A stretch of 54,213 nt of DNA, the filler included, from Dimargaris cristalligena (Eukaryota): NCBI GenBank assembly GCA_003614675.1. It is 2 parts of 2 records of this genome, joined end to end, with 100 filler letters (N's around TTAATTAATTAA, not from the genome) between each part and the next. Parts side by side here need not be neighbours in the genome. Positions count along the whole stretch, not along the records: positions 1 to 27,063 come from ML002524.1; positions 27,164 to 54,213 come from ML002525.1. One strand, written 5' to 3'. This document shows, piece after piece, positions 23,072-34,800 of the stretch. Numbering within the stretch: the first letter of the stretch is position 1; each line of letters opens with the position of its first letter. The notes under the pieces were generated by a model. The model ran no database searches. It saw only the letters and a list, made by a program, of their open reading frames with translations, and had not been told where the DNA came from. The translations under genes were made by a program, and so were the position numbers.

Positions 23072-25727
23072 ATGTTGTCTCAAGCCGAAGTCAGGTAAGC
23101 CACTCTCAGCCTACAGAGAGCTATCCACCAGCCGAAACTGAGTTCGAAAATGAGCCTTGACCCGTCCCCCGGTCCAGCTCGAACAGCAGGACAAAGAACC
23201 CCTGGTTCGATTGCCTCTGTTTGTTCGTTGGATAATTTCGACCGTATAAGCCAGCTCTATCGTATACGCTTTATATTTTCAAGCACCTCGTTGCGATATA
23301 TATATATATATATATATATATATCTAACTTTTGAATTCCAATTGTATTTACGACCATTTCCGACTTGCCAGTCAGCGCTGGCGTCAATTTCGTGACGTCT
23401 CGCTTTTGTCAATGACAACCCTTCGGGAGCTCGGCCAAACCAGTCAATACACCGAACAGCACCTTCTTAGTGTCAGTTGGAAGCTTTTCCTGGAGTATCT
23501 TCCGGGCCTCGATGACATTCACCTACTGTGGCCCGAGGCCCTGCATAAGGAGCGCTCCCACTACGAACGGCTCCACATGAAGTACATTATCGAACCTTCG
23601 CAGCAACTCAATCCATCGTCGGACGACCAAGTCAGTCCCATTGAAGGGCCCACCCGGCCGATTTCCCCATCTGTGGTTGATTTGTCGATTCACAATCCGC
23701 TATCGTTGGCCCAGGACAGTCCGTGGCAGCAGTATTTCCAGGACAATGAGCTGAAGGCCATTATCCAGCGCGATGTGGAGCGTACCTTTCCCGACCAGCC
23801 CTGTTTCAACCAACCGGATGCCCAGCGGGCCATCACGGACATTCTCTTCGTGTACTGTAAGATGCACCAAGATACCTCCTACCGGCAGGGCATGCACGAG
23901 CTGTTGGCCCCCCTGTGGAAGGCCGTCAATGAAGACCGGTTTCACCGGGGTACGGGGTTCCCATCCGACCCGGTGGTCAGCCAAGATAATATCATTTTTC
24001 AGGTCCTGGATGCCCGCTATGTGGACCACGATGCATTTGCCCTGTTTTGCCGGATTATGCGCGTGGCCCGGCCTTGGTTCGAGGTTAGCGATGTAGCTCG
24101 CAACGCCTCGGCTAACCTGCGGCCCCGTACTGCCCTACCCGGAGCAGGATCAGACCGTTCGGCAGGGGGAACTATTTCCGACTCACTCCGCTATTTGAAA
24201 ATAGCGGAATTGAGCCGGGCAACCCCCATTTTGGCCAAATGCAACCACATCTTTTATTCCCTATTGAAGCGGGTTGACCCGTCTTTGTTTCAGCACCTTG
24301 AAAGCCTGGAAATCGAGCCCCAACTCTACGGTATCCGTTGGATTCGTTTATTATGGGGCCGAGAGTTTCCATTCGACGACTTGGTGACCCTCTGGACCGC
24401 CCTTTTTGCCCATGATCCGAATCTGGTCGCGGTCGAATGGGTGTGTGTGGCCATGTTAATTCGGATTCGCCATCTCCTTCTCGAGGGTGACTATTCCACT
24501 TGTCTTCAGCATATCATGCGCTACCCGCCCTTGACCGGTCCCGGAACGGCGGTTTCCTCCCCGGGCGACGGGGAAGGTGGTCGTACGTATTCGAATTATA
24601 TCCCATCCTTCCCCCACCTACCGGGCCTGACTCTGACTACCTTAACCCCCGTCCAATTTCTGTTTCAGCAGGCCGTATACCTCCGCCAAAACCTGGGTCC
24701 CTCCGCGGGTTACTTAGTTATTACCCAGAATAATGCCATCCTGGGGATTGAGACCACTAATGAACCATTGCCCCCCCTGGACGCGACCGCACCCCTTTCC
24801 CCCCGGATCACCGATCCTATTAAACCTACTGTAAACCAGCACTACACCCGACGCCCCCTGCCACCCAGCCAGCCGGCTGCCACATCGGTCCCTACCACTC
24901 GAACCAAGACGGCGCCGGCGACCAGCCGGTCCAGCTTGGAAGCCGATTCCCAGCGGGCCATTAGCCAGACAACTGCGGATATTCTATTACAATGCGAGAA
25001 GTGGCTCCAGCTCCTCATTGAAACTCGGTCACCCTCCCAGACTAACCTAGCCTCCCCAATTCCCGAAGCCCATACGGATGAATCGGTTGGGGCGGTTGTT
25101 CCGGCGGTATTCCATACGCTTCGCTATACCCGGCAGATATTGGAAAAACGGGTGAATCCCAATGGCGCGGCGATTCACCAGCCCCAACACGTGTCCACCT
25201 CCGCTACGTTGAATCTTCTCCAAACCGCCCGGTCCCGGCTCAGTGTACTTGGCCGGGAACTCTCGCTGGACAAGGCCCAGACTGACGGGAATCCCGGGGC
25301 TGGGTCCCGGGCCGTTGCCAAACCCCGTGCGACGCAAGTGGAACAGACCTTTTGTCGGGTAGTGGCCGTCGGCTCCACTCCCCCGGAGACCCAGCCCCCT
25401 TCGGATCCGTTGCGCTCGCTTAGACCGCCATCCTCCTCACCAACTTTAAGGGCCCAATCGCCGCCTTTGATCCGACCCTTATCGCCCTCCTTATTGACCG
25501 GTCGCGCACAAGCATCAGGATCGGCCATGCGTTCACGTCTCACCACCCGGGGAGTTACTTCTCCCCCTCTGACGGCCCGATCGCCCCCCGTCTCGTCAGG
25601 CACGGGTCGCCATGGGTCTATGTTTCCCAATTCTTCGCAAATCGGCTCCAGCCAGGGTGTGACATCTTCAGATTTTTCCCAGTTGGGGATACTTTCGATT
25701 GGTATTTTTCAAATAAGGTGCCCATAA
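23072..25727 (+). CDS. TBC-domain Rab GAP, TBC1D5-like (~792 aa). Exons 23072-23094 and 23372-25727; the last ~25 codons come from a repeat
   Basis: Arginine finger IIQRDVERTFP, glutamine finger YRQGMHELLAP, plus NPLS...SPW and IEPQLYGIRWIRLLWGREF. A phase-2 intron (GTAAGC 23095, CTAAC branch, CAG 23371) gives the N-terminus MLSQAEVSQRWRQF. Confidence 0.9.
23296..23323. repeat. (AT)14 microsatellite in the TBC gene intron
   Basis: Read directly. Confidence 0.9.
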
Positions 25728-26655
25728 CTGCAAATATATGTTTTTGAATATATTAATTGCCCTATTATATATTGGTTATAAATATATATTTGTATGTTCT
25801 TATTCCACTATATCCCGCTTTCTTTCTTTTTTTCCTCGGAAACTTGAACTTTCATCATAATATTGTTTTTGATTATGTGATATAATCTGTTTCTCAGTAA
25901 ATTCTTGTGATAATCCCTAAACGCAGATATATTCTCAGTGTGAGTGGCATATCTTAGCTAGAGTGGTCTACTTCCATTTACAACATTTATACAATATATG
26001 GGTTAGATATTTGGCGCAGTTGTATAGGCTTTTGAATAATATATGTTTGGGATGGTAGGCGGGATAATAGGGCGATTACCCCTTCTATCATCGAACTTCA
26101 TTATTTTATTACTATTATTAGCGAATTACTTCATCGAACCCATCCCCATCTTATTAATTGTTTTTCTGGACTTAAGTCCCGGCTTTGAAAAGGGTCTATA
26201 GTACCACTGGGGCGGGTGAGGCCTGCTATATATACCCGAGGGCATATAGGGGCCTCGGAAAAATTACTAAATAAAGCAAGTCGCGGCTTTAGGAGCCGTC
26301 GATTCCCATGATAGAAGGGGTAATCGCCCTATTCCATGGAATACACTAGTCGAGATTAGAGGATATCGGAGAAGTAGCTATGCTAGTTAAAATTTTATAG
26401 TATATTAGATAGTGGAGAGGTGCACCCCCCAGGGCTGCGCTATATACAATATACTCATTGGCCAAAATGTTTATCTAAAGAACGCCTCCGGGGAATATAC
26501 GGATATATATAAAACCGACTATTTTACATCAAAAAGTCGAAAAGAAGATGTTAGTAGATTGATGTATAGAGAGTTTGCAGTTATGGGCACCTTATTTGAA
26601 AAATACCAATCGAAAGTATCCCCAACTGGGAAAAATCTGAAGATGTCACACCCTG
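25653..26655. mobile_element. Non-autonomous DNA transposon-like element (~1 kb) with long perfect TIRs starting CAGGG (hAT-like)
   Basis: 25647-25734 is an exact reverse complement of 26574-26661 (88 bp). The interior is AT-rich with no transposase ORF. The 8-bp flanks GCTCCAGC and GCTGGAAC do not form a direct TSD. Confidence 0.7.
26070..26329. mobile_element. 260-bp MITE with TA target-site duplication, nested in the larger element
   Basis: Perfect inverted repeat AATAGGGCGATTACCCCTTCTATCAT (26066-26091) versus 26308-26333. TA at 26068-69 and 26330-31 flanks GGGCG...CGCCC. Confidence 0.75.
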
Positions 26656-27063
26656 GCTGGAACATACAATTTAACTCGGTATTTTAGATGTTAGTGTGGC
26701 CGTTTCAGTAAACTAATTCAATATTTTCCATCGACACAGATAAAGGCATCTGTCCATAGCCCCACCATTATCCATATTGCCACAGCAGCATTGTATTATA
26801 TGCGGAAATATCCAGTCTGATTTCCTTATTATTGGGCATTTCCTTAGACTTATTTCTATCATAATTAAAAAGATTGGTTTATTATGGTATTTTAATAAAT
26901 AGCATCCCAATATAAAAAGGATGCCACATCCTGATACATGCAGTTTCTTATACCCATATACAAATATAGTAGAAACAATAGTGCAAGTATTGGGCCTCAT
27001 TTAACCTACAATTATGCAGGCACCTCCCAGTGTTTGATCAACTGGTGGCTGGGACATTGGCCT

Positions 27064-27163
27064 NNNNNNNNNNNNNNNNNNNNNNNNNNNNNNNNNNNNN
27101 NNNNNNNTTAATTAATTAANNNNNNNNNNNNNNNNNNNNNNNNNNNNNNNNNNNNNNNNNNNN
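27064..27163. other. Artificial contig-joining spacer (44 N + TTAATTAATTAA + 44 N)
   Basis: Exactly 100 nt and symmetric. The central 12-mer gives stop codons in all six frames. The flanking pieces are 27,063 and 27,050 nt long. Confidence 0.93.
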
Positions 27164-27539
27164 TATATAGAGTTTATTGGGGTAAACTAGGGGGTAATAA
27201 TAAGCTAAGGAATTGAACCAGTCCATGATGGGGCCTGGTTATATATATGCAGGGACAGCTCCAGAGGGAGGTCCCAAGGGGGGATACTACTAAACTACAG
27301 TATAGACTGACCAGACAGCTTCATATCTGGAAGACTCTCATAGGAACCAGAAGAGTCTTTGGATCAGCAGGTTGAGTGTTTTGTACAAAGCATTAGGGCC
27401 AGATAAAGAAGGGTTATACAATAAATGACAATCCCATAGTACCAGGGGTGACTAAAGGAGGGCTAATATGGTACTATAAGGCCTAATAAGGGTAGATGAT
27501 CATTAAGTCTAGATTTAGGTTAGATTAGGAGGGCTGACA
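27164..27539 (-). mobile_element. LTR-like fragment of the same family as 1-220, CpG-depleted, truncated at the contig start
   Basis: The minus strand starts TGTCAGCCCTCCTAATCTAACCTAAATC at 27539 and later shows TATATATAA and AATAAA. It aligns to 148-220. Confidence 0.55.
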
Positions 27540-28841
27540 GCTGGCCAAAGATCTGGTTAAAACAAACAGGGTAGAGCTTAAAAGGACTGGGCTTATAATT
27601 GTATTATGGGGTTAATATAATTATAAGTATAAATATAACCCCACTACTATACTGGCACTTAATTTAGTATCAGCACTATTCCTGCCCTTTCTGGGTATCC
27701 CCTCCCCATCACGCTATGGGCTAAGTCTCCTTGGCTTATATTAGTGGTGATGGATGGGTGGATAATATAGGGGGGAGAAAGTTATGTCCATCCCCCAAAG
27801 GTCATGTGACCTGAATATGATGGTCCACCTATATGGATTTTACCCTATATAGTTGTGTTGAACTTCACCCAATATTCTCGATACTATTACACTTTTTGAT
27901 AGATTACTATTATTTTTGTTAGTATTTCCAAGCACTTTGATAATCGCAATTCCTTGTTTCTTACGATTCTACACAGCGTCCACCATAAGTTTCAGTATTC
28001 CCAAAACTAGCCGGCCTGTGTCTTCAGGCATCCCCATATTTGTCAAGGTGGGTCCCTCTATTGCAGCATCGAACCAGCCTGAGAAGGATGCCAGGGCCAT
28101 TTTGCAGCTCCCCAAGCTTAGTATGCTGAAGGTGGAGTCACCCAGCACTTCCTAACTGATAAACATGTCTTGTTGTAAGCTACAGCAATACCAAGGACCC
28201 TCGGTCAGGGTCAATCTATGAGCGTAATAATACAGTATCTCCCATTGCGAGGTTTTGGATAGGCCGTTAATGTATAGCTGATATTTAGTCATACCAACGC
28301 AATGGTTTTCGAAATCGTAACAATATTACTTTCCCCCAAGTTGAAAGGAAAATTTATAGTGCGCAAATTGATACTTTATATTTCTCATTTTATTACTTCC
28401 TACAACCCAACCCTATTTAGTTTAGTTTATATTTACAGTGAACATTTATTCTCTAACGTGTTCTTCTACATAGGTGCACGACGACTCTTCGGCTATTACA
28501 GACTGTGGACTTATCCATTGACTGCTATAAGTAGCGCCGATAAATAACACATCAACAGCGTCTGTTTATGACAATGAATCCTCAACTATCCCATTCCTTG
28601 AGCGTTAGAGTGCCAATCAATCGTTTAGTCCATTATGGGACATATATATCGAACAATTAGTCAATCAAATTAACAGTGGTCAAATCTCCCCTTATACTTG
28701 TATAAATGCTAACTCAGTGGGTCTCTACATTGCTCTCCGCATTCATGTCAACGAGCCAAAGTAATTATATTGTGAACCAAACGGACCTGGCTCAGTCCCC
28801 TCTTTTTCCCCAATTTGCCAATTCCGATCCCTACAATCGAT

Positions 28842-30570
28842 ATGTTAACCCAGCTGAAACGATTCCGGTTTCATCTGGGCCGCCAGGCGCTGCCTCCATT
28901 GACTCGATTTCAGACATCCCTCGGGTTAGTTGGCGGTGCCTGTCGTAGGTCCTGTACCACCAAGCCGGATTCTGGCCGGACAAGGCCAGGTACTACTACC
29001 TCCCGAGGCGCCGCGATCCCGCAGTCCCCGCTCCAAACTCAGCCCCAGAATCAGACCCATAGCTCAACCCCTTCCGCCACAGCAGCGAGCTCCCCCAATT
29101 CCAAACAGCTGGCTTGGAAGCCCCCACCCTCGTTTCATAAATTTCCTACCAATTTATCATATGGACGATTTCAAATAGATGTCTGCATTTTTAAATTGCT
29201 CAATCGCGGGTTTGCCTTGGACGAGGTGGACGCCGCCTTGATTAAGGAACATTTCCCTCATATGCCCTCGTTTCAAAAGATACACAAACATTATTTCCTA
29301 CGCAGATTTCGCTCCGGGAAGTATAAGCTATCGTGGTTTATGGCCGTAGACGAGGGTAAGCATACCCAGATACCGAATGGTTACATAATTTTATGGTATG
29401 CCTCCATTCCAATAGGAATTCCCTCCGACTCTGATTGGACCAACGTTTTTTTTTTGCTAACGTGATCTTTGCAACATTTCTTCTGATTTGGTTTTGTACG
29501 GTTGCCTTATTTCATGGTCATTTATAGAAATTACCCCAGAGAGCCTCGACCAATTCATCGAATGGGAGCGAACGGCCGTGGATACTCCCCCCGCTGACCA
29601 GGTGCTCTGGACCCTTGAAGAGAGTCTCCGCCTGGTCGAGGCCGTGGAAAAGTACGGGACCGCGTCCTGGAATGTAATCGCCGCGCATATTAAAACTAAA
29701 ACCGCAGAAGCGTGTCGATCTCGAAAGCAAAGACTTGACGAGTGGACCCACCCCTCACCGCCCCTGACCGAAGCCTTCATGGAGGAACTCGACCAGCGCA
29801 TGCGCCAGTTTAACTCTGATTGGGATCAGGTCAAGGCCTTCTACCCGGATCGGGGGGACAGTGCGCGCCTCCGACAGCAATATTGGGCCTGGCGACAGCG
29901 GGTCCGGCTGCCCCATAATCGTGTCTGGAGCAATGCCGACGTGGATTGCCTCCGGGTGGCTGTGGCCCAGCTCGGATACCACCGGTGGCTGGACGTGGCC
30001 GACCGAGTTGGAACTAAATCGGCGGAACAGTGTAAGACTAAATGGCATAAACTGGCCGATCCTCCCTCTTCCATTGTCACTGTCACTGCCACTGCCACTG
30101 CCACCGATACCACTGTTGCTGCCTTGCGGCCGCCGGCCATCGACGAATACGTCCACTTGCTATTCTACCTGGCGGTCTACCACCCGCATAAGATTCGTTC
30201 CGCTCTGCCCTCAATTCTGGAATGGCTCCCCGCCCCGTACCAATGCCACGCCCTCGCTCCCGAAGTGGACATCCATTGGAAACGGGTCAGTCGCTGGTTA
30301 CCCACCCCGAATACGGAGCTCCGGTTAAAGCGGATCGTCCAAAAGGTACCCAAATTGCTAGGTACGTTTGGTCAGATGACCCCCGCCAAACAAGCATCCC
30401 TGCGGGATTTGCGTACTACCGAGCAAGGGCTTCAGCAGGCCCAATGGCTCAAGGCCCGCAATTTAAAAACCAACGTGCGGAATGTGAGACTGCAAATTCA
30501 AAGCGTTCTTCTGGTCGACGCCTTCAAACAACTTTTACGGAATCCCCCCCCCCTGCCCAGTGACAAGTAA
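28842..30570 (+). CDS. Myb/SANT-repeat protein with predicted mitochondrial presequence (~518 aa). Exons 28842-29355 and 29528-30570
   Basis: Myb repeats WTLEESLRLVEAVEKYGTASWNVIAAHIKTKTAEACRSR and WSNADVDCLRVAVAQLGYHRWLDVADRVGTKSAEQCKTKW, with a degenerate repeat between them. A phase-1 intron (GTAAGC 29356, GCTAAC, TAG 29527) joins the two ORFs. Confidence 0.85.
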
Positions 30571-31824
30571 CATTATTTGGCGTCTATATTTAACCCAGCT
30601 AACTGCACCTTGGCCTTTGTGAACTTGACTTTACCCCCGCGGAACTAGTAGGCAAAATCACCTCGTTTCCCTGAATAAGAATCGGTTCAATCGAAACCGG
30701 TAACCTATTCCCTTGTACTCTATGTTGCCGTTTCCCAATTTGGATGATTGGTGTGTTCCTTTCACCCCCTCGCGGGCCATTTCCTCTCTATCGATACCTG
30801 TCGTACAGTGATTTGTATGTAATATTCAAAATTATACATCGTGTTCCGCTCGACCGACCTGGGAATTATCGAGTCACCAAATCTTCGCATACCGAATGGG
30901 CTATAGGTTCTGTGAATGATTTCTGTAATTGGAGGTTTGAATTATAGCACTGATTAAAAGTATAATGCCTAAGTCTAGAACAGTCCCAAATTTAACTGGT
31001 TTATGAACTAGTATTGCAATGTAAAGTGTGAATTAATATCAACTTTTCAAGGAGGAATAAAGTGACTGGATAACCTATTGTTACGCACATGACCATTGTC
31101 ACATTATGCTTGCCAGTTCGATTACAGAGACAGTCGACATTCACGCAATACCCAGTGCCACTTTTCCCTGAAATTCAAAGATCTTCGGCGTTTCATCTTT
31201 TAGTATATTTAATATATAGAGGATCAAGAGCAAGTTGGTCTAAAGGGGATGGATGTGGCTGAGAGGGGGGTGACGACGAGTATTAGAAAGGTAATAAAAG
31301 AATATGAGATATTAAAAGTGGCCAAACGCGAATAAGTGGGGATTGAGGGAGACAGATAGGTGCCAATATGCACATTAAAAGTGGGATACTATAATCGATT
31401 AATGGAACGACACGAGGAAAATACGAGAATAATGGGAGAAACACAGACATGTCATACTTGGTAATTAATGCTTGGGTGCCGGACTATTATACAAATGTCA
31501 AAGAGGGGAGGGAGGGGGAGAGGGGGGATGCTATGGAAGAAGATAGGGAATGAGACTAGGTGTATAGTAATAACGAAAAGTAACTTTTAAAGCCGACGTG
31601 AATCGGAGTATTAGATGCGAATAAGTAAATAAGGGTATAACAGATCGAACTAGGGCTGGGTGTTGTCCCGCGGGGCACTGGCGGACAGTAAAACATGGGC
31701 AATCTCGAGCATATCCGTATCACCGTCGGAGTCCTGTTTTTTGGGGACAGTTTCTTTCCTATCGGTAGTCACTTCAAGAGCGCCAGACCCACCCTGGGGG
31801 CCAGACTCTTCCATGTAGGCTCCT

Positions 31825-34800
31825 TCAGCCATTCCGCTGACACTGGTCCCCCCCACTTCCGGCGCCTCTGTGGGAGAGGGGTGATGGCGGTAGGGATACC
31901 GGATCCGCCCGCGGCGTCAAAACCACAGGTGAATCGGGTGGGGGAAGACCGTGGCTGCCCTCGGGCAATGCCGTATCAGGGGTCGAAACCCCACCCCAGT
32001 GCTCCTGGGACCGGGTCTCCCTGTGTTGGAACTCCACATTGACTGGTGATGTAATATTGGACAGAGCCATTTTCCCCGAGTTGGGGAAGCTGCTACTTGA
32101 ATCTGATAGTAGCGAGCCGAGGGGCACATGAATGGGTGGCAGTGGTGGTGGTGGTGAAAGATGAAGATGACGTCGACGGTCGGGGGCCTTACCCTTGCGA
32201 GATGTAGACGTATGCGACCGGGATGATGACACCTGGGCTACACTGGATCGGGACAGGGATGCGGACGACAGGGCAGCGGTAATGGATGCCGGGGTGGTGA
32301 AGGAGAAGGTGTAGGGTTTATTGGGACCCGCTCCCGCCCCCCTGGAGGACGTCGACGGACTGCTGCTAGCCGTTGAGGATACTTGAAAGGGGCTCCGGAA
32401 GGAGCTCGGGGTTTGCAACTGGAACTGCTGTTTACTGCTGTCGGTCATACGAATAACGGACATATCACACTCGCTGGGATGGTGTCGACGTTGCTTGGCT
32501 GCCTTGGGCGCGGGGGAGTTCATCCCGGAAGATGATGGTGTATAGCCATCCCGGTCGTCGGATTTAGACTTACGGCCGCCGATACTAGGGTATCGGGTCA
32601 GGGTGGGCGGCGGCGGTGGCCGGGCGGTCGAGGAGGACGAAGTGATGGTCAAAGCGTCTCGCCCACTCTCCCGGGGAGGTGGCGGGGGTCCCTGGTAATG
32701 GATCATACCGTCCTCATCTACCCGCCGAGTCCGGTTTCGACTACCCTCCGCTCGGGGAGGGGGGTTGGTTCGAAACCGATAGTTAGTCTGGGTCTTGGCC
32801 GGGGGCCCCTGAGGTTGGGGGGCCTGATGACTAGAGAGGGCCGCGGAAGAGGTACCGCTAGTCGACACGTTAAGTTCGAATAGGGAAAATCCCCTACCCC
32901 CTCTGGAGTGATCGGTGGCGGTAGCAAAACCTGATAGTGGACCCCCCGCGATAGTCTGAGCGGGGGTCGTCGGGGCTATGATCGGCTGTGAGGGATCATG
33001 ATTATCCACGGCTTGAGATATATGACCACTAGTACTACCGCTGGTAAGGGGCTGTCTAGACGGATCATCTAGGTTAGGAGGGGCCACCGCCGCATGGGTG
33101 GATTGGGTCCCACCCGGTCGGCCACGTCGTTTCGACACGGCATCCCGGCAGGTGCTGGCCTTATTATGCTTGATGCACCGTGCACAGGGTCTGTCGTTAT
33201 CGCACGCCACCTTGGAATTACGGCAGTTGATGCAGGCCTTGCTGACGTAGAGTTTGGGCCGGGTATTAGTAGGCCGGGGCAATCCAGATGAAGCCATTGT
33301 ACTTGACCTGAGACCAATGCTGCTGCTCGCACCACCAACCACCCCACCCGGCACATGACCGCTGCCAATCGCACTTTTTGCAGGTGGCTCCGGATAATGA
33401 CCACCCCCTCCTACCCCGGGGTAGGCCAACGGGGAGATGGGGACGGTGTGTCGATCGGCCATGTAGGTAATGGGGATACCGCCATATTCAGGGGTACCTG
33501 GGTAGCGGGGCCCGTAACTAGGATAGCCGGGCGACAAAGGAGACTGCGGCGGCTGGGACTGGGAATGGGGGTGGTGATGGGGCACCAGTAAACCAGGCCG
33601 GGGGGATGGTGGGGGCCGGGGTAAAGCGCCCGGGTAAGTAAATTGGGCCCCGGGACTATGGGGGGCGGGATAGCGGTGATCGGTCTGGGGGCCAGCGAAT
33701 GCAGAGCCGGGGGAGCGAACAGAGGGCGGCGGCCCTATTGGGGGATGCTCCGCCCAAGGATTCGGCGAGTGAGGGAAGCCAGGGGGGTTAGGTGGAGGGT
33801 GATCCGTGGGGGAAGAGATATGCTGGGAATAGACGGGTGAATAGAAATGGGAACGCGAGGGAGACGGGTTACGGTGCGGGTCACCCATAGAGGGGTAGGC
33901 GACCGACGCCAGGGCAGCGGCCGAGTGAAGTGGGTGGCGACCGGATACGTCGCGCTAGTCAAGTGGAAGGGAATTTGGGAATATTCGGGTCGGGTGAGAA
34001 AGGAATCAGTCGGGAAGAGATGGAAAGGTAAAGAGATCACGAACGAGACATTAGATAGGGTCGTGGATTAGGGAGTTTGGGTTGAATGGATGCAAGAGAA
34101 ACGAAGGAGGCGTGACAGGAAGGGGTCGGGCGGGCGGATCAGGGCGAATTTATAAACAAATCAAACGACATGGGCATTAAGGGAATAGGAAAATGAGATA
34201 GGGCATGGTGGTATGGTAGTAGTAATAATAATAGTAATAGTAATGGGCAAATCAGAATTAGTCACTGGCGTTGGAGTTTTGAAGGAAATCGATCCAATAC
34301 GGTCCTAGCCCACCCCACCCCCTCTCTCCCAATAGCACGGGCAATCAGGACCGGAAAGGGTAACGGTAGTGTATATTTACTGAAGAGATTCCACACTGCG
34401 CGGATCGGCATTCGCATTAATAACTTTATCGAATCCCAGCGCGCCGTACCCTTTAGTCAGGGGCGGCTCGTCACCCGACGACCTCACCAAGGCCATTCAA
34501 TGGCATGGGAAAAGAGGGAAGAGGGCGGTATCCCAGTTAGGAAAAAGGCAGATGAGCTCCCAATCGTAAAGCATCTACGGGCGACAAGGTACTTCTCTCG
34601 TTTAAAGAAATGAAACAGTATCCCATCTCAGCCACTCGCTAACCGCTCTAAATAGCATCTCCCAGTTTGATCTCTTTGGAAGTTCTCTCTCCCCCCACCC
34701 CCCCACACACACGCACCCCATACTTGGCCCACACCCGACAGCCTTCACCGAACCATCCTGGGTATCACAGAGGTATCGTTCGGGTAATCCAAGCAGGGTT

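Noticed and set aside
17986..25727. AP-3 beta and a Rab GAP as a trafficking gene cluster
   Set aside because: Two housekeeping genes separated by an unrelated methyltransferase; no evidence beyond chance proximity.
26412..26687. 91-aa ORF as a gene or transposase fragment
   Set aside because: GTG start, runs through the TIR, and has no catalytic motif.
27108..27119. TTAATTAATTAA as a biological palindrome
   Set aside because: Centred in an N-run; it is a synthetic six-frame stop linker.
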